From positions 124,001 through 188,000 of the forward strand of contig CDMY01000738.1 of NCBI GenBank assembly GCA_001179505.1: a stretch of DNA of 64,000 nucleotides, given 5' to 3'. Both the position numbers and the translations under genes were made by a program. Source of the stretch: Vitrella brassicaformis CCMP3155 (lineage: Eukaryota; Protista; Chromerida). Under the pieces are notes generated by a model that ran no database searches, had not been told where the DNA came from, and worked only from the letters and a program-made list of their open reading frames with translations. Numbering within the stretch: position 1 is the stretch's first letter; every line of letters starts with the position of its first letter. Below are positions 33,786-46,240 of the stretch, in pieces.

Positions 33786-34290
33786 CTATTTGCCGCCTCT
33801 CGGTGTCGGTTGTATGTCGTTTTCCGGCCGTCTCCGGCCGTAATGATTGATCCCAAACCTGAACACGGGGGCACCGAGAGAGAGCCCCATGAAAGACGCC
33901 GGGGCCGACGTCCGTCTGACTTGCCGTCACTAGGTATTCCATACCTTTCAATGTTGGTGTATCTGGAGGCGGGCTGTGCGGCTTGCTGCGTAGTGATAGT
34001 CGTGAATGTGATCTTGCGCGGTGAGCGCTGTCGGACCCATTCCAGCTCGTGCTCCACATCAGTAATCTGGAGACCCCAATCAGCCACTGCATCAGCCAGG
34101 AGAGAACGTATGTCATCGACAGGGAAGCACCCCTCTCTCTGTCAGCTCGCTGACCTTGAGGCCGTTGCTTTAGCAGGAGGTTTCCCCATCTCTCCGTCCA
34201 TTCGCGTGAGCTCGCCGCCTCCTTCTTGCAGACCGTAGTCCAGAAGGCGTTTCGATGCACCTCATTCACCGGGTTGCGCGGCGTCTCCAT
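33786..34290 (-). CDS. Small 3-exon protein resembling C20orf85/CIMIP1 (LLC1-family ciliary microtubule inner protein)
   Basis: Spliced ~116 aa: METPRNPVNEVHRNAFWTTVCKKEAASSREWTERWGNLLL...ERFGINHYGRR. The N.V.....W.....KE......W...WG.L pattern recalls that family. Confidence 0.55.
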
Positions 34291-34327
34291 TCGGGGAGGA
34301 GCAGAGGGAAAAGACGATCGCGAACTT

Positions 34328-34344
34328 CCCTAAACCCTAACCCT
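34328..34344. promoter_or_regulatory. Telomere-like/telobox motif ccctaaaccctaaccct
   Basis: About 2.5 telomeric-type units 38 bp upstream of the CIMIP1-like ATG. Confidence 0.35.
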
Positions 34345-34903
34345 TGAGAGTCGCGAAAGTAACCACCGCGGTTGTTCACATCATTTTAGGGGAGATCAGG
34401 CGATTGACACCATAACACAAGGCACGCACAGCCACACGTGGTACGATATCACCGCATGAAGATGAACCACCTCACTCAACCGGCGGCCCGGCCGGACAGC
34501 CGAGTCGTGTCTCACTCAGTGTTGTCGCATTGTACACGTAGCAAGGACGACATCTTAAATTCAAACACTGCTCCCGCACGAGAGAAAATCAGCCGTCCGT
34601 AAGATCGCGCACCATCCAACTCATTAACTGACTACAGGCAAAAAAGCACACGTGTACTTGCATCTCCATCTCATCTCATCTCATCTGTGTGCGTGTGTGT
34701 GTGAAGGTTGAAAAGGCCTCCCTCCCTCTTCCGTAGGCCGCCCAAACCAACTTAACTTGACACAAACAACAGAGTCACTCACTCCCTCCCTCCGCACATG
34801 GCTTGGCACCACGACGTATATGAGCGCACCATCAGGCGAGGGGCCCGTGAACACACATGTGGTATGGTCACGTATCGATCTGTCCATCCATCCGCTTGTT
34901 CGT

Positions 34904-37091
34904 CTACTTGGTGACCAACTCTGTGAGCAGTCTCACCGCATACCCCGTGCCCACATTCTCCTTCCAATCCCACGCTGGACCAGCCGCATCTGATGGATGC
35001 ACGGGGCAGACAGACCAACCAGAGAGAGCAGCCAACACATGAACATATATTGTGCGCCTTCCGTCATGTAGATGCCTGCTTCCTTTTGTTTGTGAGAGTC
35101 GGTGTCTTTCTCACGCACCTATGTGTGCCCACGACGCCTTGTCAACAAACTCCTTTAGAAACGTCGCTGCCGTGATCGCACCGCCCCAGCGGCCGCCAAC
35201 GTTCTGAGACAGACCATATATGAACACAACACGCACCCCAACATGCAAACACGCATGCCATTCATCCGTCCATCCATCCACCCATCTGTATGGGCCTCAC
35301 CCACCTTGAGGTCGCTGATGGTGCCCTTGAGCTCCTCAGCAGCGTCGGGCAGCAGGGGCAGGCGCCACAGGGACTCGCCCGACACCTTGGCGGCCTCCAG
35401 CAGCGCCTCGCTGAGGGTATCGTCGGGTGTGAACAGCCCGGCGCACTTTGTGCCGAGCGCCACGATGCAGGCGCCGGTGAGGGTGGCGATGTCGATGATG
35501 GTCGTCGCCTGCACGGTCTTCTCGGCGTAGACCAGGGAGTCGTTGAGGATCAACCGGCCCTCGGCATCGGTGTTGCCAACCTGAATGAATGAATGGACGG
35601 ACGGACGGCGTGCAGAAAGAAACAGAGAGAAGGGTATCGCATCATCGAGTTCGCAGGGTGATTGATTTGTCCTCTTCTGTAAGTACCTCGATGGTTTTGC
35701 CGTTAGATGCTGTGAGCACATCGCCGGGCAGGTAGGCGTTGTGGGAGATAAGGTTCAGCACAGCCTGCAAGCAGAGAGAAGAACACGGATGCCATCCATT
35801 CATTCAGCCAGCCGCCCGTGTGTTGTGTTGGTTTGCCTCACTCACCGGCACGATGAAGTGCACCTCGACATTCTTGGGTTTGAGCGCGCCGATGGCCTTG
35901 GCCACGCCCAACACAGCCGCACCTCCACCCCTGCACACAGACACCCAGCAAGCCGATCAGATCAACAGGGCATGAATGTAGCCTGCTCTGCGTCAATATC
36001 TCCCTTACATGTCGAACTTCATCATTTCGATCATGCTGCCGACCTTGAGGTTGTACCCGCCAGTATCGTGACACACGCCCTTGCCAACCAACGCTACCTG
36101 CACACAACACAACACACAGACAGCGCGCTAGACACACGACCAGGAAAGGTCCCAAGCTGAATGGCTGATGTACCTTCTTCTTGGGGCTCTCTCCCTTCCA
36201 GCAGAGATGGATAAACCTGGGCGCGATCTCTGCCCCCTTGCCGACGGCCAGGTAGCTGCCCATGCCCAAGGCCCTGCACTCGTCCACACTCAGGATCTTG
36301 CCCTCCAGCCCACCCTCCTGCGCCATCTTGATCGCCGCATCCGCCAGCGACGCCGGATGACAGTAGTTGGGCGGCATCGACACCAAATCCTTGGCAAACA
36401 GCACCCCGGCGGCCATCGCCCGGCTCTCCGTGATGCACTTGTCGATATCGCCGGCCGTGAGGCCTGACGGGGGGATGATGGTCAGGGCCTCGAGCAGTGG
36501 CAGGGGGGCGATCCTGTCGCCCGTCTTGAGGCGATTCTTGTGGGCGTCGTCACTCAGGGTGAGGAGCAGCGACTCCAGCACCGACTGCAGGATGCGCACC
36601 GGGCACGATGGCGGCAGCGCGAGGGTGGCCGCCTTGGCCTTCTCGCCCTTGATGGTCTTCCCGATGCACGCGCCGATCTTGCAGCCTGCGGCGGCGTCGA
36701 GGGCGCTCATCTTGCCGAAGCCGAAGAGCGCGACGGACCGCACCTTGCCTGCCACTCGCGTGGTCATGGTGGACGCGGCCGCACCCTTGTACTCATGCAG
36801 CTCGATGCCCTCCTGCAACGCGCCCCCAAACACCTTGTCCAGATCACCTGCACACGTCCAAACACACACAAAATCCTCCCTATGGTTCGGCTCTCAGCAG
36901 CATGTTTTCCTCCCTCACTGACCATAGTCGTGCTCCATCTTGGCGGACTTGTCGGTTGATTCGTTCTGGCAGCACGGCAGCAGCAGGAGGTCCGCTGCCA
37001 CGTCGGTGAGCGGCGTGGCCTCCACTGTGATCTTGAGCGCCGAGGCCGCGGGATCCTTCGTGAGCGGGATCTGGTCGAAGAGCGTCGTCAT
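34904..37091 (-). CDS. LAP: Leucine aminopeptidase, M17 family
   Basis: [83 protein letters not shown]; metal-binding K/D/D/D/E and catalytic K/R are present. Confidence 0.97.
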
Positions 37092-37220
37092 GATGACTGT
37101 AAGGATAGCCTTTAAGCACCAAAACCCTCGGAGGTTTTCCTCTGCAAGCCAAGCTCGCAAGGATTTCCTAGGATATTGCGTGAAACTGTTCGTCATCACC
37201 AAGGGATGATTGTCGTTGGT

Positions 37221-37289
37221 TGATTGTATTGTATTGTATTGTATTGATTGTATTGTATTGATTGTATTGTATTGATTGTATTGTATTGT
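37221..37289. repeat. (TTGTA)n-type pentanucleotide microsatellite upstream of LAP
   Basis: tgattgtattgtattgtatt... imperfect array. Confidence 0.9.
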
Positions 37290-37879
37290 CCGTCGCAAGT
37301 GTGAGGGCCTTGTCTCCCGAACGATCCCGCTGCGAATCATCTGAGATCACCAATGGCGGCGAATTCCACCGACAAGACCGAGGAGGAGATCCGGTGGTCT
37401 AAGCATCAGTTCGTACCAACCAAGCGGAGGGGAAGAACACACGCAGAAACAATGAACAACGCTCGTTGACTGCGAAAACATGTCGCACACTACAAACAAG
37501 CGTGAGACATGCAACATGACACACATTCACGGTTGGGATGGACGGGATGCTTACGAATGGTATACGGTCGGATAATCACTCCGTTTATGACAGAGCGACA
37601 AGTGCTGTCATCAATTCCCATCATCACATGCTCCCATCTATATCACATGAGTCAGGTAAAGTACACTCTCGCCTCTTCCCTCCCCGACTTTCATTGCATA
37701 TGGGCCTGTAGATCTGAGACTGACCTACTGACTGACCGCTCGGCATCAAACGTACACTCGCATCGTCTCACACTTAGTCTCGCATCAAGAATGTGGGAGA
37801 TGCCTGGCCTCACCGGCGATGTCTCCTAGCATACATGCCCAAAGATCTGATCACAGCTGCTGCCATTGACGTGGGTATA

Positions 37880-40352
37880 TTAAGTGGTATAATACGGATG
37901 AGCAAAGAAGGGACAGAGCTCTGTCAGCCGGACATTATCATACACGGCAGGCTGCAGCGCGCGCAGGACGAACAGGGTGATGTAGGGCGCCCACACTGCT
38001 GTGAACACAGCAGTCGCGGCTAACAGTGTTGTCAGCCTGAACGTCAGGACTCCAGGCTCATCCTCGGATCGCAGAATGGGCAGATTGTGCAGCCGCGTCG
38101 ATACCTGCAGACATCCACAGCACAATCAGGGGAAGGACAGTACGGCCGCGCATGTCTAAAGGCTGCCATCGTATATGTCTCCCTTCGCTATTCCCCCACT
38201 GACCATATAGAGGATGACTTCGCATGCCATCTCGACAGCGACCAGGAGACACAGCCCGCCCAGCCTCTCGAACAGCCGGGACAGCGAGAAGGGAGACAGC
38301 AGTTGCTCCATCAATATAAGTGATAGATTGATGAAAATCAGAATCAGGCTCTCGGCCTGGTTGTAGGCGTGCTGCTGGTCGCTCAAAGCTCTGAGATACC
38401 TTGGGCGGACGTCATACGCCATGAAATTGCTCTGCAGATGGATCACGGATGTCATGGACGACAGTCCGCTCGAGCTGGACCGCATGCGCCGTCCCGCTCG
38501 CACCACACTCTGATAGATCTCACTCGACGACCGCCGCGGTTCCCCACTGCCGGATCCATTGATGAACAGCGCTGGCTCTTTGTTGGTTGTTGCCTGTGTG
38601 CTGACTGTCTCGCTGCTGCCTGAAGCCCCAGAAAGACCATGGCGGCTAGCAGTGTCTCTCGGTTTGCTGCGCCTATCATCGGTCGGCTTGGCCGATCGGC
38701 CGTCGCGTGTGCGCATGAGCGCTCGGATGACGTTGGCATTGAACATGTCAACGTAGGGCACCGCCAGGTCACCCAGGAGGTCGTAGAGGGCGAAGAGCAG
38801 AGACGACTTGATCTTGTAGCTGAGGGCAGCCATTTCAGCCTGTATAAGGAAAATGCGTTTCGACATTCATGCGTTGAGAAGTGTTCATACTGACTTGCAA
38901 GAGGCGAGGTACGACTAGCGAGATCAAAGCGATTGGGAAGATGACGCAGTAGTTGAATAGAGGAGGGCCGTCTCGCATCTTACGGGCTGTTCCGTTCACA
39001 ATTGCCACCAAAGGAAAGCAGCTTAACAAACAGACGAATGCCAGTCGTGTCTTCTCGGTGTCCGTTGTGGCCCCCTCAGCTTTTGGCAGAAGGAGCCTCC
39101 CCCACAAATGCGAGGCAGCCCATGGTGTATACACAAGGAAGGTCATCTGAATCGTGTACAGCACCCGCCTCTTGACCACTCCCGTCATGTCTCTCGACAC
39201 GTGCCAAAAGAACCAGGGGACCATCACGGTGTACACTGCCCTTTCCAATCTGTGAGAAGGAAGCAGAAAGTACCCATTGACAGAAGCAGATGCAGCCAGC
39301 GTCACAGGGCACATAGCTGCCAAACTGCATGTCTCACTTACGCAAAGGAAATCCAAGTATATGGTGTCAGCTGGGGGGATATGGCCAAGCTGCGGGCGAT
39401 AGCATGAGCTGCTACGGTGATCGCCAAAAGAATCCACAACTCGCGGATGCGCCGGAGTATCCGACGTGGGCGGCACCCCTCAACCAGTGCGACAAACCAA
39501 ACAAGAAATGCCGACCAGCCGATCGCAATGCGCGTGAAGTCAATAGCAACGCCCGCCATGTTGGACTCGCAAGTCTTCCATACCAGCGGCGCCGTCAAGA
39601 CCAGCGGCACCGCTAGAACAAGTGCGAATACCACTTGTAATATAACCACTTGCATCACTCGCCGCAATGATCGCATAAAAGGCTCAGGGGAAAAACGTGC
39701 GCCAATCAGCACCTCCCTCACGTGGATTGTCTCTCCATCATCCACAACATTCTGCTCGTAGACGAGGTGCGATTCGAACTCCTCGAAGGCCGCCGGGTAT
39801 CCTGCAGACACCGGTGCGGACAGGTCAAGAGATGCAGCATTTGTGCTGTTGTGCCAAAGCCCGTTCCCATGATTCACCGGCAGCCTTCTCGAATTCCAAT
39901 TTCATTGCCTGGATGGCCACCTCTTCGGCCCTGTTGGCTGACGGCTCTGGCGCTCCCACCTCCGAGATGTCCGGCAGAGTGGTCGACTGTGACGCCGCGT
40001 GATGACAGGCGCTCCGGAAACCGTTAGTTTGACACGAAGGACTCCTCTCTCGTTCAAGATCAAGGTCCAGGGGGCACTTGCTGCTGTGCATTTCTTTGCC
40101 GAGCCCTCCTTCGGTCGTGAGCTCTTGGGGCCTTCCCTGCTGGACGTGTGGCTGCGTTACGCACGTGTCCTCGCAGCTGGGGCCGAGGAAGTCGTGCACG
40201 TCCTCCCGAAGACCACATTCATGCAGCTCCTCACCGCCGTTCACCGGGCCGGGCTGTGGTGACTCATCGTCGCGGTGGCTGACACGTGGGCTGGCAGCAT
40301 CACCATTGAGTGGGGGAAGGAAGATTTGTACTGCGTTCTCATGGAGCGCCAT
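37880..40352 (-). CDS. Multi-pass membrane protein of unknown function (about 5 exons)
   Basis: Adjacent ORFs join via GT-AG introns (near 39810-39890, 39260-39350, 38840-38895, 38110-38200); disordered N-terminus followed by many hydrophobic segments (VMQVVILQVVFALVLAVPLVL; IAIGWSAFLVWFVAL; LAFVCLLSCFPLVAIV; LLAATAVFTAVWAPYITLFVL). Confidence 0.7.
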
Positions 40353-40977
40353 TGTGCCGCCGGATAGCGGCCCCCCGAACAATCAGTGGGAACCGGAGAG
40401 TTCGCGATCCAATCGCCACGAGAATGGCGAACGAAGATGTCGCATCGATGGTTCTGCACCGATCTGCTCTGTACTTAGTTGTTTCGGTTGACCCTGTACT
40501 TAGTTGACTGACCGTTTACGGGTCAACAATTGAAGTATCTAGGGTTTTGGTCCGTGATCATAGCAGGGTGCGGTGACCTTCTTTCTTGGGTGTCTAGACG
40601 TGTGGAATGGAACACCGCAAGTGCCTTATCAAACGAACACAAATATCAGTCAACACCGGTCATTCCATCCATCCAACACTGACTGTCCCAGTGCCTCTAC
40701 ACTAGACCCCCGATGACATGACCGTCGCACGCCATTCAAAGCCCTCAACCCACAACAACGCGGCACGCGCAGGCACTCATGCAGCAATGCACCCACAGCG
40801 CATGGCCACCCCATCAACACACAGCCGGCCATTCGTCCATTCCTACATGCAGGCAGGCAGGCAACCGCGGAACCAACCGACTCAAGTCCATCCAGACACT
40901 GCTATGCTCACAGAAACTCAGAATGCCTGTGTGGGTGCGTGTGGGTGGTGAGATAGTACACAGCCAACCTCCCTCCC

Positions 40978-41740
40978 TCATCTGCCGCTCTTCTCCTGTG
41001 CGTGTGCGGCCGCCTTGAGCAGGGCCTCCTCGATGCGCTGCTTGGCGTCCGGCGCCGCGGTCAGCTCCTCCTCCTTGCAGGCCGCTGAGGCATCCCGGAA
41101 CACGCGGCCCATCTCTATCAAACCCTCCGCACGACGCCGACGCACCGACTCGTCAACCGCCATGTCCTTCAAAACCTGACACACCGATGAATGAATGGAT
41201 CGATGGGCAGAGGGCAATCATATATCGGATTGTGTGTGTGGATGTGGTGTCTCGGTAGTCTGACTTTCTTGGCGGCCTGTCTGACGGTGGACTCGATGTC
41301 CATGACGGAGAGGCCCCACATGGTCTCCACAAACATGGGCAAGGTCTCCTCCATCTGCTTGAGCTGTCACCACACACACACACACACACAAGACACAAAG
41401 AGATGCACACACAGAGGTGAATGGATGGACGGACACACCACATGAGGCCCACCATACATACCTCCTCAGGCGTCGGCTGAAACGGGACGTCCTCCTCACT
41501 CTGTTGCTGCTGCGGCTGCTGTTGCTGCTGTGTCTCATGCCCCCCAGCAGCAGCCGGCTGGCCCTGCTGCTGCTGCTGCTGCTGCCGCTGCTGCGGTGGC
41601 GGTGGCGGTACCTCACTCCTGTCCGCCCCTGCACCCTCCTGGGCCTCGTTGGCCTCCCCCTCTGTCTTGCCCTCCTGCCTGGCACGCTGGGGGCTCTTGA
41701 CGCGCTCCTGGAACTGACCTCGCAGCTTAGATGCCGCCTG

Positions 41741-41786
<46 letters not shown>

Positions 41787-44445
41787 GCGTGGGTGGTGTG
41801 ATGTGTTGTGGGGTGAGAGGCGTGTGTTGTGTGTGGTGCCTGCCATGGCTACCGCGAGAGTGCGGACGCCTGAGTGAGCGAGTTTGAATGTGTTACTCGT
41901 GGCGCGGACGTTGGAGTGCCACTTGGCGAATCGACCCTCCAGACCCAGGAAACCCTCCTTGCCTACACACACACGTGATGGTTTGTTGGGTTGGCTTGGT
42001 GCGCTGCTGCGTGTTGTCTGTCTGTCTGTCTCCCTCCCTCACCAAGGAATTGTTTGGCCCTGTTCTCGTACGTCCAGCCGATGGCCTCCACCATGGTCGC
42101 ACCAAACGATTGCTGAAGACACCACAGGAAGAGACACAAAGAAGGCGCGATGCGATGGATGTCAGTCAGGTCAACAAACACAGACAGCAACCACAGTTAG
42201 TTGCATACATACTGGCTGACTGACCTCGCAGAGCTCCTTGGCTTCCTTCTTGATGTCCTCCTTCCACGTGACGGGGTCGCCGGTGACGTACCCCTCGACG
42301 CGGTCACGCAGCTTGACAGCCAGGTCCACCTCGCGCCTCGTCTGCTTCCACTCCAAGGCCTTCTCAGCCTTGACACTCGGCAACGCCCCGGCCTGACACA
42401 CACACACACACACACACACAGAGGGAGAGAGAGAGGGGGAGGGACAGAGTGGTCTTTGTGTGGTGGGGTGGTGGGTGTGTACCTCTGCGGCTGATTTGTC
42501 GACGAGGTCGACCATTGCGGCTAGTTTGAGAGTGCCGACGTAGGGCTCGAGCCGTTCGCTGCCGAAGAGCATGGTGAAGAACAGACCGGGGTCCATGAAC
42601 TCCATCCGACTCGCAGCCTCCTGCACACACACACGCACACACGAGAGGAGAGGATGCTGTCTGTGCTGTGCTGCTGTGTCGTGTGTTGTGTGGGGGTCGG
42701 CCGACAGACCTTGCCGTATTCGTCGTACTGCTTGCGGCGCTCCTCATCCCCCAGCACCTGATACGCGGCGCCGAGCGCCTGCAGGAAGGAGACACACACG
42801 GCGACACACAGAAAGGCAGAGTACGTGTTGTGATGCAGACAGACAGACAGCTCCATCCATTCATCCATCCAGGCCTTCGCTGCTTGGCTGGCTGCCCGGC
42901 TGGCTGGCTGGCTGACCTGGAACTTCTCCTTGGCCTCAGGGTCATCGGGGTTCTTGTCAGGGTGACACTGCCGAGCCAACTTGTAGTACTGCTTCCTGCA
43001 CACACACGCGCGCAAACGATGCCGCCCCTCTCTCGACCCCGCCATTCTGTCACCCAGCCACCCACCGGATTTCTGCTGGTGTGGCTGTGGTGGGTACGCC
43101 CAGCAGGTCATAGTATGCCGTGTCCTTGACCGTGCGGGGCTCCCGCGGCGCATCGGGGTTGTCGCGGGGGGGTGGCGGCGGCGGCGAGGGGGGCCCCTCG
43201 TCGGACTTCTTCGTCGGGGACGAGTCCGACTGTTCAAACAACCACAATCAGACAGACAGACAGACAGATAGACACCATCAGGAGTCATGTGGGTGTGGGC
43301 ATCCAGTGGCCTGTCTGCAGCTGCCTCACCTCTGTTGTTTCGGTGTAGGTTGGTTCCTCTGGCTGGCCGCCTTGGCCCTGCTGTGGCTCGGTGGTGTCGC
43401 CAGGGGGCACTGGGGGCGGCTGTGAGGTGTCTGGCGGGGGGGCGCCCTTTGCTGCGCGGCTGCGGAGGTCGGAGAGGCTCTTGAGCTTGGCGTCGGCCTC
43501 TTCTGGCGTGGATGAGTTGAGCACGCAATCGGCCTCCTCGGGCAAACTGTACCAACGATCTACCCACTCCTGATTGCGACACACAACACATGTGTCACGC
43601 GGAGAGAGGGAATGTGTGTGTTCGCTTGGTCCCTCACCCGTTTCTTCTTGTCCCATTTGCGGCCCTGTGTCCTCTCGGCGATGCACTCGGGCGTGTTGAT
43701 GATCCCACGGCCTATCTGGTAACACGCGACACCCACACCTGAATCCAGCAATGCATCAAGGGACGCCCACACACCCACACACACACTCACTCACACGCAC
43801 ACAGTCATTTAAGCTCCTTTTGCCACGTGTGTGCTACTCATACCTGTGACCGGCAGTATGACTGCCGACGCCACGCCGGCCGCACAGCCCTTGAAAAACC
43901 CCGACACACCCTCCTCACGGGCACCTATAGCGAGCGACACACGCACTAGTGCATGAGGTATATCGTCCCTCTCTCCTTGTCTCCCTGTCTATCTGGCTCG
44001 CTCACCCATGATAGGGTTGGCGACGAGGCTCGCGACGCCCGCCAGCACGCCCTTGCCCACAGACTTCACCCCGCTGGCAACACCAGCTATCGCATCCCTA
44101 CACACAACACAACACAACACAACACAGCACACCGAAGACACACCAAGTCTGTCTGTCTGTCAGCAACCAGACTCACTTGGGTTTTCTCGTCGAGAAGAGT
44201 TCATTGAACATCCGTCGGGCGTCCTCCTCCGACAGCTCAGCAGGCATTCCAGGAGGCCGTCGCTGCTCAACTATCTCGTGATTGGGGGCACCCTCACCAG
44301 CCGGCGTCGGAGCCCCTTCAGCAGCACCCGACGCGCTCGGCTGGGCAGGAGGTGCAGGAGGGGGATCCATGGAGGCCGATGGAGACCCAGACGCCTGCAT
44401 GGGCCTCTTCACCGTGCGAGGGCGGCCGGACGGCGAGTCACTCAT
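40978..44445 (-). CDS. DnaJ protein with ATG_C-like Gly-rich N-terminal region, J-domain and DnaJ-X domain (about 14 exons)
   Basis: [65 protein letters not shown] (HPD intact); DPGLFFTMLFGSERLEPYVG, REVDLAVKLRDRVE, SFGATMVEAIGWTY, DIESTVRQAAKKVLKD...RRRAEGLIEMGRVF (X-domain). Confidence 0.93.
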
Positions 44446-44734
44446 CGTCAGTCACAACAATCACGAGGGGAAGGAGAGGGACTCGGAAACACGAATGAAA
44501 GGATTCTCCGAAACACTTGCGAGCTTTGTGCGAGCTTCGCGAATGGATCTGCCCCCGCCTTGCTCCACGATCCTGGATCTGGAGCCGCTGTCCGCTGACC
44601 ATCGAGCTCTCAAGTACTTCCAGACACACCGACTCAAAACACTCATGACCCCACGCTGATCTGTGTGGCATCGGTGTGTCTGCAGTAGGCTGCAGTGGTG
44701 GCTGCAGTGGTGGCTGCAGTGGTGGCTGCGGTGG

Positions 44735-46240
44735 ATGGCCTGGCTGCCGTGGACACGCCGTTCCGCTGATTATCGGAGAGTCGCCGACAGTCAGCCGCTG
44801 CTATCAGGAGCCACTGCTGATGGTGACGTCAGCGATTCCGACACTCAGCAGCACCTCGACATCGTCATCGCTGGTGGGGCTGGTGACGGTCAAGACCTGC
44901 TGCCGGATGTCCTGGGCCGTGTGTTCGCCTCATTGCTGCCTGTGGACGAGTCGGTGAGGGCCCGGGCGGTCGGCAAGACATACAGCTCTCAGCTGATTGA
45001 CGAGGCCTTCCTATGGCGCATCGACAGCTCCCTCGCCCAGCAGCAGCTCACCGGCCTCATCGACGTGGAGAGGGACCGCGGCGTCGACCCCTCGGCCCCT
45101 CCACTGCCGCCGTCTCTCTCGCGGCTTGGGTACCTCTCTCGCTGTGCCTATGTCATCGAGCAGGCGGCTCAGTGGCCCACGATGGTCACATTCATCAAGC
45201 TGGCGCGTGTCTGCGGTTTTGCTGGCCAGCTGCCGCTGGTGCTATCGGCTGAGAGTGTGGCGGCTCATGTGCCCGACAAGGTCAGCTTCCAGCGGCTGCC
45301 GGCTACCATGGCCGTCTACAAGACGCTCGGGGGTCAGCTCCACAGTGACGACTCCCACCCCAGCAGCTCGGATGAGGGCCTCCAGCTGACGGAGGGCAAG
45401 AAGGGGTGGACTTTCTTGATTGTAAAGCCGATTTGGCCGCTGAATTTTCTCCTGAGTTTTCTCCTGACCTTAGTCTTTTCCGCCGTCTATGTGGTGGCCT
45501 GCGGGTGGGTGGTCGTGAGAATCCTGCGATGGACTTACAATGACACTTTTGGGCATGACGACAATCTTGGCGATCTCTTTGTGGATTGGCTGGTCTTCAT
45601 CTTTGTTGGCGGCATCCTGAACATCTGCTTCCTTATAGGGGCCTCTGCTTTCGGGTTTGTGTTCGGTTTGCACGTATGGCACCTGCCGCTTGTGAGGTTG
45701 AGGCGACTGCGATGGTTCCGCATCGGGAAGCAGCACCGTTTCCGCCTTGGCGAAAGGGACGAGTCGTTTGGGAGCTATCACGAGTGCGATCCGCCCGTCA
45801 AGTGCGGCCGGCGCACCTTTCCCTCTTTCAGCTCATTCGCAATGGCCTCGTTGATGAAGCGAGCGGAACAACCCGGATCTTCCATGAGGACGGTGGTCTC
45901 TGCCGATCTCGGCCGGAACCATGTCGGCTATCTGTCACTCCTGCGCGGCTCCTCCTTGGCCGCTGAATCAGACGCAGCCCGCATCGTCATCGATTGGCAA
46001 CAGGACTGCGTGAGGGGGGGCCGCATGGTGGTCTTAATGCTGGGGGGTGGGACTGTGGTGGCCTTTGTACACCTCGATGGTGACGGCAGCGATGGCGGGC
46101 GCGTTGCCGTAAAGACGACCGAGGTGGAGGCGGCGGATGGGGGCGGGCTCGACGAGCGGTTCCCCATCACTACGCTCGCCGTGCGGCAGCTGCTGCGGCG
46201 GTATGCTCTCGAAAATGAGACGCTTGGCCCCTCGTCATGA
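44735..46240 (+). CDS. Intronless TM-F-box-like protein, copy 2
   Basis: Paralog of 16537-18069; 12 differences counted by eye in the first ~228 aa, then a highly divergent TM loop. A 12-bp repeat ggctgcagtggt precedes the ATG. Confidence 0.75.
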   Translation: MAWLPWTRRSADYRRVADSQPLLSGATADGDVSDSDTQQHLDIVIAGGAGDGQDLLPDVLGRVFASLLPVDESVRARAVGKTYSSQLIDEAFLWRIDSSLAQQQLTGLIDVERDRGVDPSAPPLPPSLSRLGYLSRCAYVIEQAAQWPTMVTFIKLARVCGFAGQLPLVLSAESVAAHVPDKVSFQRLPATMAVYKTLGGQLHSDDSHPSSSDEGLQLTEGKKGWTFLIVKPIWPLNFLLSFLLTLVFSAVYVVACGWVVVRILRWTYNDTFGHDDNLGDLFVDWLVFIFVGGILNICFLIGASAFGFVFGLHVWHLPLVRLRRLRWFRIGKQHRFRLGERDESFGSYHECDPPVKCGRRTFPSFSSFAMASLMKRAEQPGSSMRTVVSADLGRNHVGYLSLLRGSSLAAESDAARIVIDWQQDCVRGGRMVVLMLGGGTVVAFVHLDGDGSDGGRVAVKTTEVEAADGGGLDERFPITTLAVRQLLRRYALENETLGPSS

